A stretch of 64,000 bases of DNA. Source: a bacterium (GTDB lineage Bacteria > Hinthialibacterota > Hinthialibacteria > Hinthialibacterales > Hinthialibacteraceae). The stretch covers positions 1-64,000 of the forward strand of contig CAXXSM010000016.1 of the NCBI GenBank assembly GCA_963663405.2, read 5' to 3'. Made by a program: the position numbers and the translations under genes. Below the pieces are notes generated by a model. That model had not been told where the DNA came from. It saw only the letters and a program-made list of their open reading frames with translations, and searched no databases. Shown one piece after another: positions 44,433 through 55,000 of the stretch (positions within the stretch are counted from its first letter, which is position 1; every line of letters starts with the position of its first letter).

Positions 44433-45818
44433 ATGAACCGGGTATTTGTGGTTGCGTTATTTTGTTTTTGTCATTATTACAGTACAACAGCAATGGAACA
44501 TTCTACTGACGTCTTGGCTGGAGCTGTGGTTCTCCTTGACCACTACGAGGGGCCCGCAGAGATTCACGCGCGATCCATCGAAAAATTTACAATTCAAATT
44601 GATGTGGATCCAAAAACGGAAACCGAACCACTTACGATCTATGTTGAATTGCCCAATTCTGGAAAATACACATGGCCTGTCGCGGATGTTGAAGTCATCG
44701 ACTCTTTAGAGCGAGCCGTCTCCGTTCGGCGCCCCGGCATCGAGTGGAATAAACTATGGATTCCGGTTCCCGCCAAGCGCGCATCGTACTTTGTCCGGGT
44801 TGCGCCACCACTGGAAGACAGACCCAAGCCACCCCCGGAAAATCAGCGTTACATCACCGATCCAATCTCCGGCGCAAACCTCTCGATCGCCCAATGGAGC
44901 GGGGGACGCCGGGCGGCGCTGAGCATCCGATTCGACGATACCCATCCAACCCATCTCCATAAAGCCATGCCTCTGCTTCGAGAATATGGCTATCGGGGGA
45001 CGTTTATGATTAATCCAGGCGTCAGGGAGAATGCTTCAGAGAATCTCTGGCCCGAATGGGAAGCCTGCGCCCGGAGCGGTGATTTCGAATTTGCCAATCA
45101 CACGCTTCATCACCGTGGCGCGCGCACAGATGAAGAGACGGAATACGAAATCGGGGAAGCCTCAAAACGAATCTGGGAACTGTTTCCTGGAAAAAGCAAA
45201 CTTCTGGCGCTTAATCTGGGAGGCGGCACACTATGGGTGACCACAAAAACGCTGCGCTATTACTTGGATCAATATCACCTATTCGACGCTTCGTCCGGCT
45301 CTCTCGGCATGGACGATGTGTACGGTCAGCGAATCGCCGCATTGCGGCGGAGTTTGTACCGGCATATCGAACGCAGGGGCTGGTGTCGTATCCACTATCA
45401 TTCCATAGGTAAGGGATTGAGCTGCAGCGAAGCGAATTTTCAAGCCGCTTTGGAAACGATCAAAGAAAATGAATCTCAATTATGGATAGCCGGGATGACC
45501 GATATATATAAATATCAAACAGAACGAAATGGATCGAAACTTGAATTGATCGGTGCCGGCCCGCGTCAACTTACATTCCGGTTATCTTGTTTGACCGATC
45601 GTATGTTATACAATGAGCCGTTGACGATTGAATATTTGGCGCCGGAATCATGGAGATTGGATCAAGTCCACGTCAAGAACACAAATCAAGAGACCATCCC
45701 CATTTATACGGATCCCCTGAACGAAGAGACTATCCTTCGTTTCAATGTTCCAGCTGTTGACGCTTCGTATACTCTTGAGATGGTTCCTGGAAAAAATCGC
45801 ATACAAAACAAAGAGTGA
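44433..45818 (+). CDS. Polysaccharide deacetylase (NodB-like) domain protein
   Basis: LSIRFDD, GTFMIN, FANHTLHH, YHSIG. Confidence 0.78.
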   Translation: MNRVFVVALFCFCHYYSTTAMEHSTDVLAGAVVLLDHYEGPAEIHARSIEKFTIQIDVDPKTETEPLTIYVELPNSGKYTWPVADVEVIDSLERAVSVRRPGIEWNKLWIPVPAKRASYFVRVAPPLEDRPKPPPENQRYITDPISGANLSIAQWSGGRRAALSIRFDDTHPTHLHKAMPLLREYGYRGTFMINPGVRENASENLWPEWEACARSGDFEFANHTLHHRGARTDEETEYEIGEASKRIWELFPGKSKLLALNLGGGTLWVTTKTLRYYLDQYHLFDASSGSLGMDDVYGQRIAALRRSLYRHIERRGWCRIHYHSIGKGLSCSEANFQAALETIKENESQLWIAGMTDIYKYQTERNGSKLELIGAGPRQLTFRLSCLTDRMLYNEPLTIEYLAPESWRLDQVHVKNTNQETIPIYTDPLNEETILRFNVPAVDASYTLEMVPGKNRIQNKE

Positions 45819-45851
45819 ACCGGCAGGTGAACTCAGGAAAGGGAAATAATC

Positions 45852-46967
45852 ATGATTCATAACAAGATACTAGGCGCTTTTCTTGTATTGTTTCTTACCC
45901 CGGTGAGTGGGATTATCGCAGAAGAGCAGTTATCTCTGAAAGAAAGTATCGACCAGCGGAACGAACGTTATTCGGATAATCTAGAAGCGTATTTCCAAAA
46001 TGAAATGGTCAGTCAATACGAGAAACGGGCGGCGGATTATTGGAACCGCTCCTATGAAAGTATCGAGAGTTTTTTAGCGAGTGTTGAGGAAGGCCGGGAA
46101 GGGTGGCGGAAAGTGTTGAGTCCACCTGCATTGGAAGTTTCCGGACCGCTCAAAAAAGAAGCCTATGAGCCATTGGCGGATATCCACGCGGAGTGGGTCT
46201 CTTTGCCATTAGGTTTTTTGAAAGCGGAAGGTGTGCTCGCAATTCCGGAAGGGATTGATGGTCCGGTTCCTTTGGTGATCGCGCAGCATGGGATTGGGAG
46301 CATGCCGGAGCGGGTGTTCGGCCTGTTGGACAGCGGGAATCCTTACCATGAGTATGGACGCGCTCTGTTAAAAGAAGGCTATGCGGTCTTGGCGCCCTTT
46401 AACCTTCGTGGGGTGGAGCCGCGCAATCGGATCGAACGGCTGGCCCGATTGAATGGAACGTCCCTGCCCGGTTTGGAATTGGCGCGCTTGCAGGCGCTGC
46501 TTACAGAAGTGTTAAAAGATCCACGGATTGATGAGACGCGGATAGGTATGTGGGGCATCAGCCTGGGGGGAATGGCGACGATGTTCTGGATGCCGTTGGA
46601 ACCACGGATCAAAGTGGGAATCGTGTCCGCCTGGTTCAACCACCGGCGGAATAAGATGGTGATTCCTGATGAACGATACAGCTGCTTTTTAGAGACGAAA
46701 GAAGAACATGCGTTCTTCCAAGGATGGTTGACGTATTTCTCGGATTACGATGTGGTGAGTTTGATCTGCCCACGCCCATTATTGATCCAACACGGGAAGA
46801 AAGACCGGATCGCATGGTGGCCCCAGGTGTTGGAGGAATTCGCACAGTCAAAAGAGCACTATACAAAACTCAATATCGGTGAACGCATCAAGATGGACTT
46901 GCATGAAGGGGGGCATGAAGTACAAGTGGTGACAGGGATTCAGTTTTTAAACCGATTTTTGAAATAG
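45852..46967 (+). CDS. Alpha/beta hydrolase (dienelactone hydrolase/abhydrolase-7-like), exported
   Basis: VIAQHG, GISLGG nucleophile elbow, ICPRPLL, GGH. Confidence 0.85.
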   Translation: MIHNKILGAFLVLFLTPVSGIIAEEQLSLKESIDQRNERYSDNLEAYFQNEMVSQYEKRAADYWNRSYESIESFLASVEEGREGWRKVLSPPALEVSGPLKKEAYEPLADIHAEWVSLPLGFLKAEGVLAIPEGIDGPVPLVIAQHGIGSMPERVFGLLDSGNPYHEYGRALLKEGYAVLAPFNLRGVEPRNRIERLARLNGTSLPGLELARLQALLTEVLKDPRIDETRIGMWGISLGGMATMFWMPLEPRIKVGIVSAWFNHRRNKMVIPDERYSCFLETKEEHAFFQGWLTYFSDYDVVSLICPRPLLIQHGKKDRIAWWPQVLEEFAQSKEHYTKLNIGERIKMDLHEGGHEVQVVTGIQFLNRFLK

Positions 46968-47248
46968 GGGATTCAGTTAAAGGATTACACAAGAAGAAAA
47001 TAGACGTGTCATAGGCTCTCCTCTTTTATTGGATTTCATTTAACTTCTACATTACCATCCTGCTAAATCTACATGCTATTTGCTATAATTTTTATCATAT
47101 TATAAATTATTTTTATTTCCAATATTTAAAATATAAATACAATAAATATTGTCTTGTAATCGAATAATCAACATCGTGTAATCCGATCTGTTACTCCTTA
47201 TAAATCACTAAAAATTCTAGATATGGATTATTTATGCAGACATTCTTT

Positions 47249-47324
47249 TAACTTATTGATAATAATAGACTTAAATCTGCAGTGATTTTATTTCTTATTT
47301 TACAATTATTGGCATGTAAGCTGC
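47249..47324 (+). promoter_or_regulatory. Sigma54 (-24/-12) promoter with upstream IHF site
   Basis: TGGCATGTAAGCTGC at 47310-47324 (consensus TGGCACG-N4-TTGC spacing); TATCAATAAGTTA on minus strand at 47249-47261 matches WATCAANNNNTTR. Confidence 0.7.
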
Positions 47325-47602
47325 GTATTCTTTTTCTAAATAAATACTAAAATAGTAAACTTTATTTTTTTCTTCCTTTCTTTCATGGATAAAAGTTTTT
47401 ATTCGATGGGATGATTTCAATCTATTTAATAAGAACTTCACAATATGCTATGTGTGATAAGAATAAGCCTTTACACAATCATCCTGTCTCGTTTTTGGTT
47501 TAAATAGATAACAGTAATGAAATCAGGGATATATCCTTGCTTTCCTGCGAGGAATCCACATATATTTTTTGCATAATCTGATAAAAAAAGGGAGAGAGTA
47601 CA

Positions 47603-49033
47603 ATGAAAAAATGGGGAATGTTTGTGTTTACCGTGTTTGTTTTAGGAGTGTTTCTAGTCGGGAATCAGGCTTATGCGCAACAACCGACGGAGCGGGAACT
47701 GCAGTTGGAAAAGATGGTCAAGCAGTTGTTGGAACGTGTGGAAGAGCTGGAACGAAGAGAGAGTGAACGACAAGCAAAAGAGCAAGCGGCGCCGGTTCCA
47801 GCGCCTATGGTGGAAGAAAAAGAGCCGGATCCGAATACGTTTAAAACGTTTTGGAAGAATGGATTGAATTTCGAGACGCCAAATAAAGATTTCACAATGA
47901 ATATCGGTGGACGGGTGCAGAACGACTGGTACATGGGCGATGTCGATCATCGAGATTTTTCATCAGGCACCCGGTTCCGCCGGATTTGGTTGAAAACCCA
48001 GGGCAAGATGTTTGGTGACTTCAAATATAAAGTCCAGGCCGATGTCGCGGGGGAAGATTCCGTGGCCTGGAAAGATATCTGGATCGATTATACAGGACTG
48101 GATATTTTTGATATCAGGTTTGGATTGTTCAAAGAGCCGTTCAGCATGGAAGAACTGATGCTGAACCGGGATCTTTCCTTCTTGGAGCGCGCGCCATTGA
48201 ACGCGATGGTTCCGAGCCGTCATACAGGTGTGATGTTTCACAATACGGCGCTGGACGATCGCATGACATGGAGCGCGGGTATCTTCAACGCCGGCAGCGG
48301 GAGCAGCGGCGAGGGCCATGATGATGACACTGTCGCCGGAGAATGGGATACAACGCTGCGTTTGACCGGACTTCCTTGGTATGAAAATGATGGCGAGAAA
48401 CTACTCCATCTCGGCGCCGCATACAGCCACCGGGAATGGGACAAAAATCCATTGCGCTACCGGTCGCGCGGCAGTTATCGGGGCGGTGGGAGCAGCATCT
48501 ATTTAGTTGACATAGAAGATGTTCTAAACCTCGATAACGACAACACGAATAATGTCGCCCGGCCATTCATCGACGCGGTGGATCTGGCTGGAGCTGAATT
48601 GGGCTTGGTCTATGGGCCGTTTAGTCTCATGAGTGAGTACGTTCATTCGTTTGTCGATCCAAGAGCGGGTGGATCCGCCGAATACGATTCACTTTACGCG
48701 CAGGTTTCGTATTTCCTGACCGGCGAACATCGCCCGTATAGTTTGGCGGATGGCATGTGGACCCGTGTCAAACCGGCGAACAATTTCGATCTGTCCGAAG
48801 GGGGATGGGGCGCATGGGAAATCGGTTTCCGATATTCGTACATGGATCTAACCGATGAATTGACACCGACTCCAATGGGTGGCGAGATGAACGATTTCAC
48901 GGTTGGTTTGAATTGGTATTTGAATCCGAATATGCGGGTGATGTGGAATTACGTGCATTCGGAGACAGATGAAGTAAATCCAATGGATACGGACGCGGAT
49001 ATAATTCAGATGCGGCTGCAGTTTGATTTTTGA
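47603..49033 (+). CDS. OprO/OprP-family (phosphate-selective-type) porin
   Basis: Signal peptide, coiled-coil N-terminus, GGRVQND, FRRIWL, FKEPFSME, SYFLTGE, GLNWYLN, terminal F. Confidence 0.9.
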   Translation: MKKWGMFVFTVFVLGVFLVGNQAYAQQPTERELQLEKMVKQLLERVEELERRESERQAKEQAAPVPAPMVEEKEPDPNTFKTFWKNGLNFETPNKDFTMNIGGRVQNDWYMGDVDHRDFSSGTRFRRIWLKTQGKMFGDFKYKVQADVAGEDSVAWKDIWIDYTGLDIFDIRFGLFKEPFSMEELMLNRDLSFLERAPLNAMVPSRHTGVMFHNTALDDRMTWSAGIFNAGSGSSGEGHDDDTVAGEWDTTLRLTGLPWYENDGEKLLHLGAAYSHREWDKNPLRYRSRGSYRGGGSSIYLVDIEDVLNLDNDNTNNVARPFIDAVDLAGAELGLVYGPFSLMSEYVHSFVDPRAGGSAEYDSLYAQVSYFLTGEHRPYSLADGMWTRVKPANNFDLSEGGWGAWEIGFRYSYMDLTDELTPTPMGGEMNDFTVGLNWYLNPNMRVMWNYVHSETDEVNPMDTDADIIQMRLQFDF

Positions 49034-49112
49034 TCGCGATGGATGAGATAAGATTTATGAGAAGCGCCGCATTTAAATCATAAGACCACCACAAGAAAAA
49101 GGAGCAAGAACA

Positions 49113-49703
49113 ATGAAGAAATTCATCCCTATCCTCATCATAGGATTTTTAATTATCACATTAACAAATGGACACACAGCGGAGAAGGCGCCGGATAAGC
49201 TCATTCAGTATGTCGAGAAGAACATCATCAAATGGGGCGTTGATCCAATTATCGTGGCCGCAGTGAAAGAGCAGAACGCGAAGAAAATGTCACTCGACGA
49301 CATCAAGGCGATGGACGAGAAATGGAAGAAATTCGCGGGGATCGCAGATTATATGAAAGCGATGATGGAATCGAAATGTGGACAGCAATTGCGAAAACTG
49401 CAAAAACCGCTGGCTTTCGTAGGCGAAATCTTCGTGATGGACAATCAGGGGGCCAATGTGGCCATGACGGATAAAACCTCAGACTATTGGCAGGGAGATG
49501 AGGATAAGTTCATCAAATCGTTTAACAAAGGGAAAGGCGCGATTCATTATGGAGATGTAGAGTTTGATGACAGCGCCCAAGCCTATCTTGTACAGGCTTC
49601 GTTTCCAGTCAAAGAAGTAGATCCCGAAACGAAGAAAGCCACGGTCATCGGCGCGATTACTGTGGGGATTAATATTGACACATTTGAAGAAGAGAATAAA
49701 TAA
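49113..49703 (+). CDS. Stand-alone periplasmic PDC/Cache-like sensor protein
   Basis: Signal peptide; EIFVMDNQGANVA..TSDYWQGDE.KF; IGAITVGIN. Confidence 0.8.
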   Translation: MKKFIPILIIGFLIITLTNGHTAEKAPDKLIQYVEKNIIKWGVDPIIVAAVKEQNAKKMSLDDIKAMDEKWKKFAGIADYMKAMMESKCGQQLRKLQKPLAFVGEIFVMDNQGANVAMTDKTSDYWQGDEDKFIKSFNKGKGAIHYGDVEFDDSAQAYLVQASFPVKEVDPETKKATVIGAITVGINIDTFEEENK

Positions 49704-49779
49704 CGGAAACACGGACGCAGTGATCCTTTGACCATAAGCCGGGTGGATTGAGTCCTATAATGTCAGAGAGGAAAGCATA

Positions 49780-51357
49780 ATGAATTGGTTAACGAATCTA
49801 ACGATCGGGAATAAATTGAATGGCGCCTTCACGGTGATTGTTCTCTTGATGATTTTGGTCGGATTTACCGGATTTCAAAGTATCCGCGCCCGGCAAAATC
49901 TGATCAATGATTTTTATACTGTGGATTTACCGGGACTCGATTACTTGATCGAAGTGGACCGCGATTTGCAACAGCTTCTTGTGGCGGAACGTTCGATGAT
50001 CTTCGCCAACGCAAGTTCCGATGAATTTAAGACCCTCGTGACGGATTATGAGGATAATCTTAAACAGGCGCAGGAACGTTGGAACAATTTCAAAAACCTT
50101 CCTCATCCCGCTGATTTCGACGCCATTTTCGAGAAATACGATCAAGCTTTCGAAGTCTGGAGACCGGTATCAAGGCAGATCGTCGATGGGCGGACAGCGG
50201 ATACGCGGGAGGGAAGGCGTCTGGCGCTGGATCTAAGTTTGGGGCGCGCGAATGAAACATTCGAAGCGATGCGTGGTTTTCTGGATCAACTGCAGCAGCG
50301 CATTCTGGAAATGGGTGAAGCGAAACACAAGGAAGCGATCGATTCATATACTCGATCGATTTATACGATTCTATTGACGATCGGTTTCGCTGTGCTCTTA
50401 GCGATTGTTCTTGCCGCGGGTATCCGGAGAAGTATCACCAAGCCGATTTCCGGCGTGTTGGATGTGATCCGGGACATGGGAGAAGGATATCTCGACCGCC
50501 GTGTCCGTATCGACCGGAATGATGAGATCGGCCAGATCGCCATTCAATTAAACAACCTGGCGGAGAACCTGCAGCAAGTGATCCAGCACATCCAGTCTTC
50601 ATCCAACGAAGTGGCCAGCGGCGCGGAACAATTAGCTTCATCCGCGCAAAATCTATCCCAAACAGCGGTTGTGCAATCGACCCATTTGGAATCGGCTAGT
50701 GTGTTGGTCCAAGAACTTTCACAATCGATTAACGAAAGTTCGGATAACGCGCTCGAATCAGATTCCGTTTCCCAAGGCGCGGCGAAAGACGCGGAAAAAG
50801 GGGGGCAGGCGGTCATCGAAACCGTAGAAGCAATGAAAAAAATCGCCAATCAGATTTCCATTGTAGACGATATCGCCGATCAGACCAATCTCTTGGCGCT
50901 CAACGCCGCAATCGAAGCCGCCCGCGCGGGTGAGATGGGGAAAGGATTCGCCGTTGTCGCCGTGGAGGTGCGAAAATTGGCGGAACGGTGCCAAGTGGCC
51001 GCGAAGGAAATCAGTCAACTCTCGAAAGACAGTGTGGTGAAAGCGGAAGAAGCGGGCGATTTGATCCAAACCGTTGTTCCAAACATCCAAAACGCCTCGG
51101 CCTTAGTCCAAAAAATCAGCCAAGTCTGTCAGTCTCAAATTCAAAGCGCGGAACAGATCAAAGAAATCGTCCAAAAAATTGAACAGATCACCCAAGAGAA
51201 CACTTCCGTGAGTGAAGAGACGGCGGCGGCGAGTGAGGAAATGACAGGACAGGCGCAATCGCTGCAGGACATGATTTCGCATTTCAAGGTATCATCCGGG
51301 GAGGAGTATTCCTCCATGAGTGATCTGGATCGATCGCTCCCATCTCCCTCACGATGA
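49780..51357 (+). CDS. Methyl-accepting chemotaxis protein (4HB sensor, HAMP)
   Basis: Two TM segments, [46 protein letters not shown]. Confidence 0.97.
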   Translation: MNWLTNLTIGNKLNGAFTVIVLLMILVGFTGFQSIRARQNLINDFYTVDLPGLDYLIEVDRDLQQLLVAERSMIFANASSDEFKTLVTDYEDNLKQAQERWNNFKNLPHPADFDAIFEKYDQAFEVWRPVSRQIVDGRTADTREGRRLALDLSLGRANETFEAMRGFLDQLQQRILEMGEAKHKEAIDSYTRSIYTILLTIGFAVLLAIVLAAGIRRSITKPISGVLDVIRDMGEGYLDRRVRIDRNDEIGQIAIQLNNLAENLQQVIQHIQSSSNEVASGAEQLASSAQNLSQTAVVQSTHLESASVLVQELSQSINESSDNALESDSVSQGAAKDAEKGGQAVIETVEAMKKIANQISIVDDIADQTNLLALNAAIEAARAGEMGKGFAVVAVEVRKLAERCQVAAKEISQLSKDSVVKAEEAGDLIQTVVPNIQNASALVQKISQVCQSQIQSAEQIKEIVQKIEQITQENTSVSEETAAASEEMTGQAQSLQDMISHFKVSSGEEYSSMSDLDRSLPSPSR

Positions 51358-51745
51358 TTTGATTGAATCACATACGGGCGTCCACAAGAGGCGTTCATTC
51401 ATTTGATCAATTTCGGAATTTCCCTGAACCGGTTGTCACTCCCCTGGTCCCCTGGTTTCAATCCCATGCTCTCATATTCGAAGAGATCTGGATCGATCTT
51501 TTCATTGATGATATTTTTCATCAATGTATCTTCTTTCATGGAATCGAGTATATACTCTCCACTATCGTTTTTGATGTACCGGATGTAAGTATTTTTTTCT
51601 ATCATAAAGACAGTCTTTTAAACATATCAGTAACTGATGAGTGAAAACTTTTTTTTGATTTATAATTTTCGAGGATGGTATAGAGAGATATCATTTTCCT
51701 GGGAATTCCGAAGAGCGGGTGTATACCGGTTAAAAATCGCGTTCT

Positions 51746-52384
51746 TTACCAAAAGTCCTGCATCACCTCATTCGAATAGAGATATTGTTCTTGGCTGTCA
51801 CGTAATTTATGAGAGCGCCAGATATCGCCATTGGATGTAAGGCCGTTGCTGCCATTGTACGGGATCACGCGCCCGGCGCTGCTCCAATCGCCATAATACA
51901 CTCCATCGGGACCGGCTGCGAAAATCATAAACCATGTGCCATAAGGGCTATTGGAGCAGTCCCGATCGACATACCCATAAAAGCATCCCCGGCCGAACGG
52001 ATCAACCGGGATACTGCTGATATATGACACCGGTGTGGACAATGGCACCCAGTTTTGGCCGTTGAAGTGATTGTCTTGGAGAATGTTTTCCAAACCGGCT
52101 TGACTCGGTGTTTTACCGAAAAAAGGAGCGCTGTCCGGATGGCAGCATCCTTCAGTGATCCCATTTCTACCGCAATCATCACCGTCGATCAGCCACAAAC
52201 CCGTCTCTAGATGACGAAGAACCGCTTGATCGTCCAGCATACGTAGATCAGCCTTAGTTCGCGCGACCTTCGCCCGTATCTGCGCGTTAAGAAAGTTCGG
52301 AACGGCAATAGCGGCGAGAATTCCGATAATGGCGACAACGATTAGGAGCTCAATAAGGGTAAAACCTGTCCGCGTGATGCGCAT
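51746..52384 (-). CDS. Type IV prepilin-like protein (N-terminal cleavage/methylation motif)
   Basis: G|FTLIELLIVVAIIGILAAIAVPNF; LSTPVSYISSIPVDPF; AGPDG; YNGSNGLTSNGDI. Confidence 0.9.
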   Translation of the reverse strand: MRITRTGFTLIELLIVVAIIGILAAIAVPNFLNAQIRAKVARTKADLRMLDDQAVLRHLETGLWLIDGDDCGRNGITEGCCHPDSAPFFGKTPSQAGLENILQDNHFNGQNWVPLSTPVSYISSIPVDPFGRGCFYGYVDRDCSNSPYGTWFMIFAAGPDGVYYGDWSSAGRVIPYNGSNGLTSNGDIWRSHKLRDSQEQYLYSNEVMQDFW

Positions 52385-52683
52385 GATCTTCTCCTTCATG
52401 GTGATACGCATATCAGGCTTATCGGATGGATAATTCAGGATATGGGATAAGGGCTGGTATTGTCAAGATTAATTTTAGTTTTTACAAAATGGATTGACTC
52501 GAATCCAGTGCTTATTTCTCAGTCTCGGGTTAGGTCTGGATAATCCGTGTGTTTAGGGATTGCTTTTTAAATGTCCGGTTTGATAAGATAAAGGAGCTGG
52601 AGAAACATGGAATTCAATGACAACGAACCGGCGCTATCGTTTTCTCTACGACGCCGTTTCGTCTTTCTTGAGAGGAAAATACT

Positions 52684-54060
52684 ATGAACGATTGGAACCG
52701 CCGTCAGTACTTGCAAACCGCCGCGATGGGATTTGTGGGCGCGGGTTTGGGGCTTCAGGGACATTCCGCGATCGCGCAGATTCCCGGCGAACGTCCCCAG
52801 CCCTGTAAAGGCGTCACCCCACTCAATCCCCAAAACAGGGGTTCCGTTGAGTTTTATCATCGATGACTCCACTTGCCTCGTTAACTTGGCGTATTTTGGA
52901 ATCCCGCAGTTTCACGAAGTTTTCCCTGACCGGTATAAACAGCCGTGGAAGACATTGCCGAGAGAGATTCCCGACGCCTTTGTGCGCAAGTTTGGAGAAT
53001 GGTGTCATAATCATGGCGTAAAAGGGAAATACAGCATTGTCCCCTATCCCGCTTGCGTCGGGTGGATGGACCGGTATCTGCCGGGTGGTCTGCGCAGGAG
53101 TTGAAAGAGAGTTTGAAACTAGTACGCGAGGAGATGGCGCCTGATTGGGATATCCATCCGGAAATGGTCTCGCATACCCGCGTGATCGACACCAAAACCG
53201 GCCGCCCATTCCCCGAACCGACCGAATATTATATGGAGAATTGGCGCTGGACCGATGGGAAATCGGTGGATGAACTGGCCAACTATATCGCCTACGCCTT
53301 GCGCATTCTACACAATGCCGATCTGCCCTGCGAAGGCATGACCACACCCGGCGGTTTCGGAAATCGCGTCCTGCCGGAATTGGCGCAGGCGACGTTGGAA
53401 GCCTGCCGGGATGTGTATCAGACCGAGATCCCCCATTATTTCCGGCATCTCTTTACCGATGACACCAGCGTCGCGCCACGGGTGGAGTACGCGTCGGGAT
53501 TGGATGGCTCCGATCCCCAGTGCGTTGTTTCCATTATCGGCTGCACGGGCGACTGGTTTGGAGGATGGGACGGCCTGACGCCTGGATCAGCCGACCGTTG
53601 CATCACGGAAGATTTAAAAGGCGGCCGGCTGCCCGAAGTAATCGCGCGTAATGAGCCCACGATTCTAGTCTGTCATTGGCCGGGGATCTATTTCAACGGC
53701 GAAGAGATTGGATTCAACATTTTCAAAGAAGTCGTGCGCCGTCTGCGAAGCGCATACGATAACTTAATCTGGATGAAGTTGAGTGAGATCGCGCGATATT
53801 GGGCGGCGAAAGAATGTACGCGGATCACACGCCAGGATAACAAAATCGCATTAAAAGCCCCCTTCGCCAGCGATCGATTCACTGTGCAGATCGATTGTGG
53901 AAGGGATTCCGTTCCCAAGATTACCACAAAGGGGCAATCCATCCCGCTGACCGAAGTGAACGATCCACTGCAGCTCAAGAGCGGGAATTGGACCCGGAAC
54001 GATTCTGGGATCATTGTGTGTTTCAATCTTCCGAAGGGTGAATCGATAGTTTTAGTGTGA
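52684..54060 (+). CDS. Tat-exported hypothetical protein (possible deacetylase-like fold), two frameshifts
   Basis: NRRQYLQ Tat motif; SFIIDDSTCLVN; HPEMVSH; three overlapping ORFs. Confidence 0.65.
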
Positions 54061-54229
54061 ATCGTATTAACGATTTCAATCAACGGAACTCAATCGCAAT
54101 CATGCGAATATAGAACATAGAACTATCAAAAAGTGATGTGGATTTATGTAGGGCGGAAATAACAATCGTCCTTGCCACTCATCTTGATTTACTGCGCATT
54201 AGGGAATTTTCTCTATAGGAGTTGATTCA

Positions 54230-54901
54230 ATGCCAAACATTAAAGCGTTCACTTTAATCGAATTGTTGATCGTTGTCGCCATCATTGGAATCTTAGCCGC
54301 GATTGCCGTGCCGAATTTTTTAAACGCGCAGATCCGTGCGAAAATCGCGCGCTCCGCCTCCGATTGCCGTAATGTGGGAGTTGCAATTGAAGCGTTCCGG
54401 ATCGAGAGGGGTATGTTGTTGATTGATATATGGGATGACGACAACGATGTCGGCCTGGAACGGTTGAACCAATACTTTGGTAACATCGCCAATCCCAGCA
54501 AGGGTACCCGTTTGCAACGGGACGTTATGGCGCCATTGACCACACCCGTCAATTATATCGCCTCCATCCCTCAGGATCCCTTCCTGAAAGATCCTTTAAA
54601 ACAAGCCACAAGTGAAACCTGGACGGGCCAGCTGGACACGTATACCTATTTCGACCGGGATCCGGCGGTTCCAGACTCGCCCTGGCTGCACGATCATAAT
54701 ATTCCAGGCTATCACCCGGATAACCAAGTCTCCCCACTCACTCCTTTAGGAGATGGGGAATTCGCCTTGATCGGGGCCGGACCGGACGGTGGTGTTGTGC
54801 AGAGCGGTTTTCGCGGGATTCCCTACTGCGGCAGCAATGGTCTGGTCAGCAATGGAAACATTACATGGCGGTCCAGTGGGGGAGTAGACGGTTCGAGATA
54901 A
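54230..54901 (+). CDS. Type IV prepilin-like protein, paralog of 51746-52384
   Basis: A|FTLIELLIVVAIIGILAAIAVPNF; LTTPVNYIASIPQDPF; AGPDG; YCGSNGLVSNGNI. Confidence 0.9.
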   Translation: MPNIKAFTLIELLIVVAIIGILAAIAVPNFLNAQIRAKIARSASDCRNVGVAIEAFRIERGMLLIDIWDDDNDVGLERLNQYFGNIANPSKGTRLQRDVMAPLTTPVNYIASIPQDPFLKDPLKQATSETWTGQLDTYTYFDRDPAVPDSPWLHDHNIPGYHPDNQVSPLTPLGDGEFALIGAGPDGGVVQSGFRGIPYCGSNGLVSNGNITWRSSGGVDGSR

Positions 54902-55000
54902 CCTCTTTTACCGTTTCAAAGCCGTACACCGCTTGATAGGCGAATAAAGATCATCCATACTTTCTTTACTTATCTATTAAACAAGAATTGGAGAAAATCG

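Noticed and set aside
51399-51605. 68-aa AT-rich ORF after the MCP
   Set aside because: May be a gene remnant but has no recognisable family or start context; not supportable
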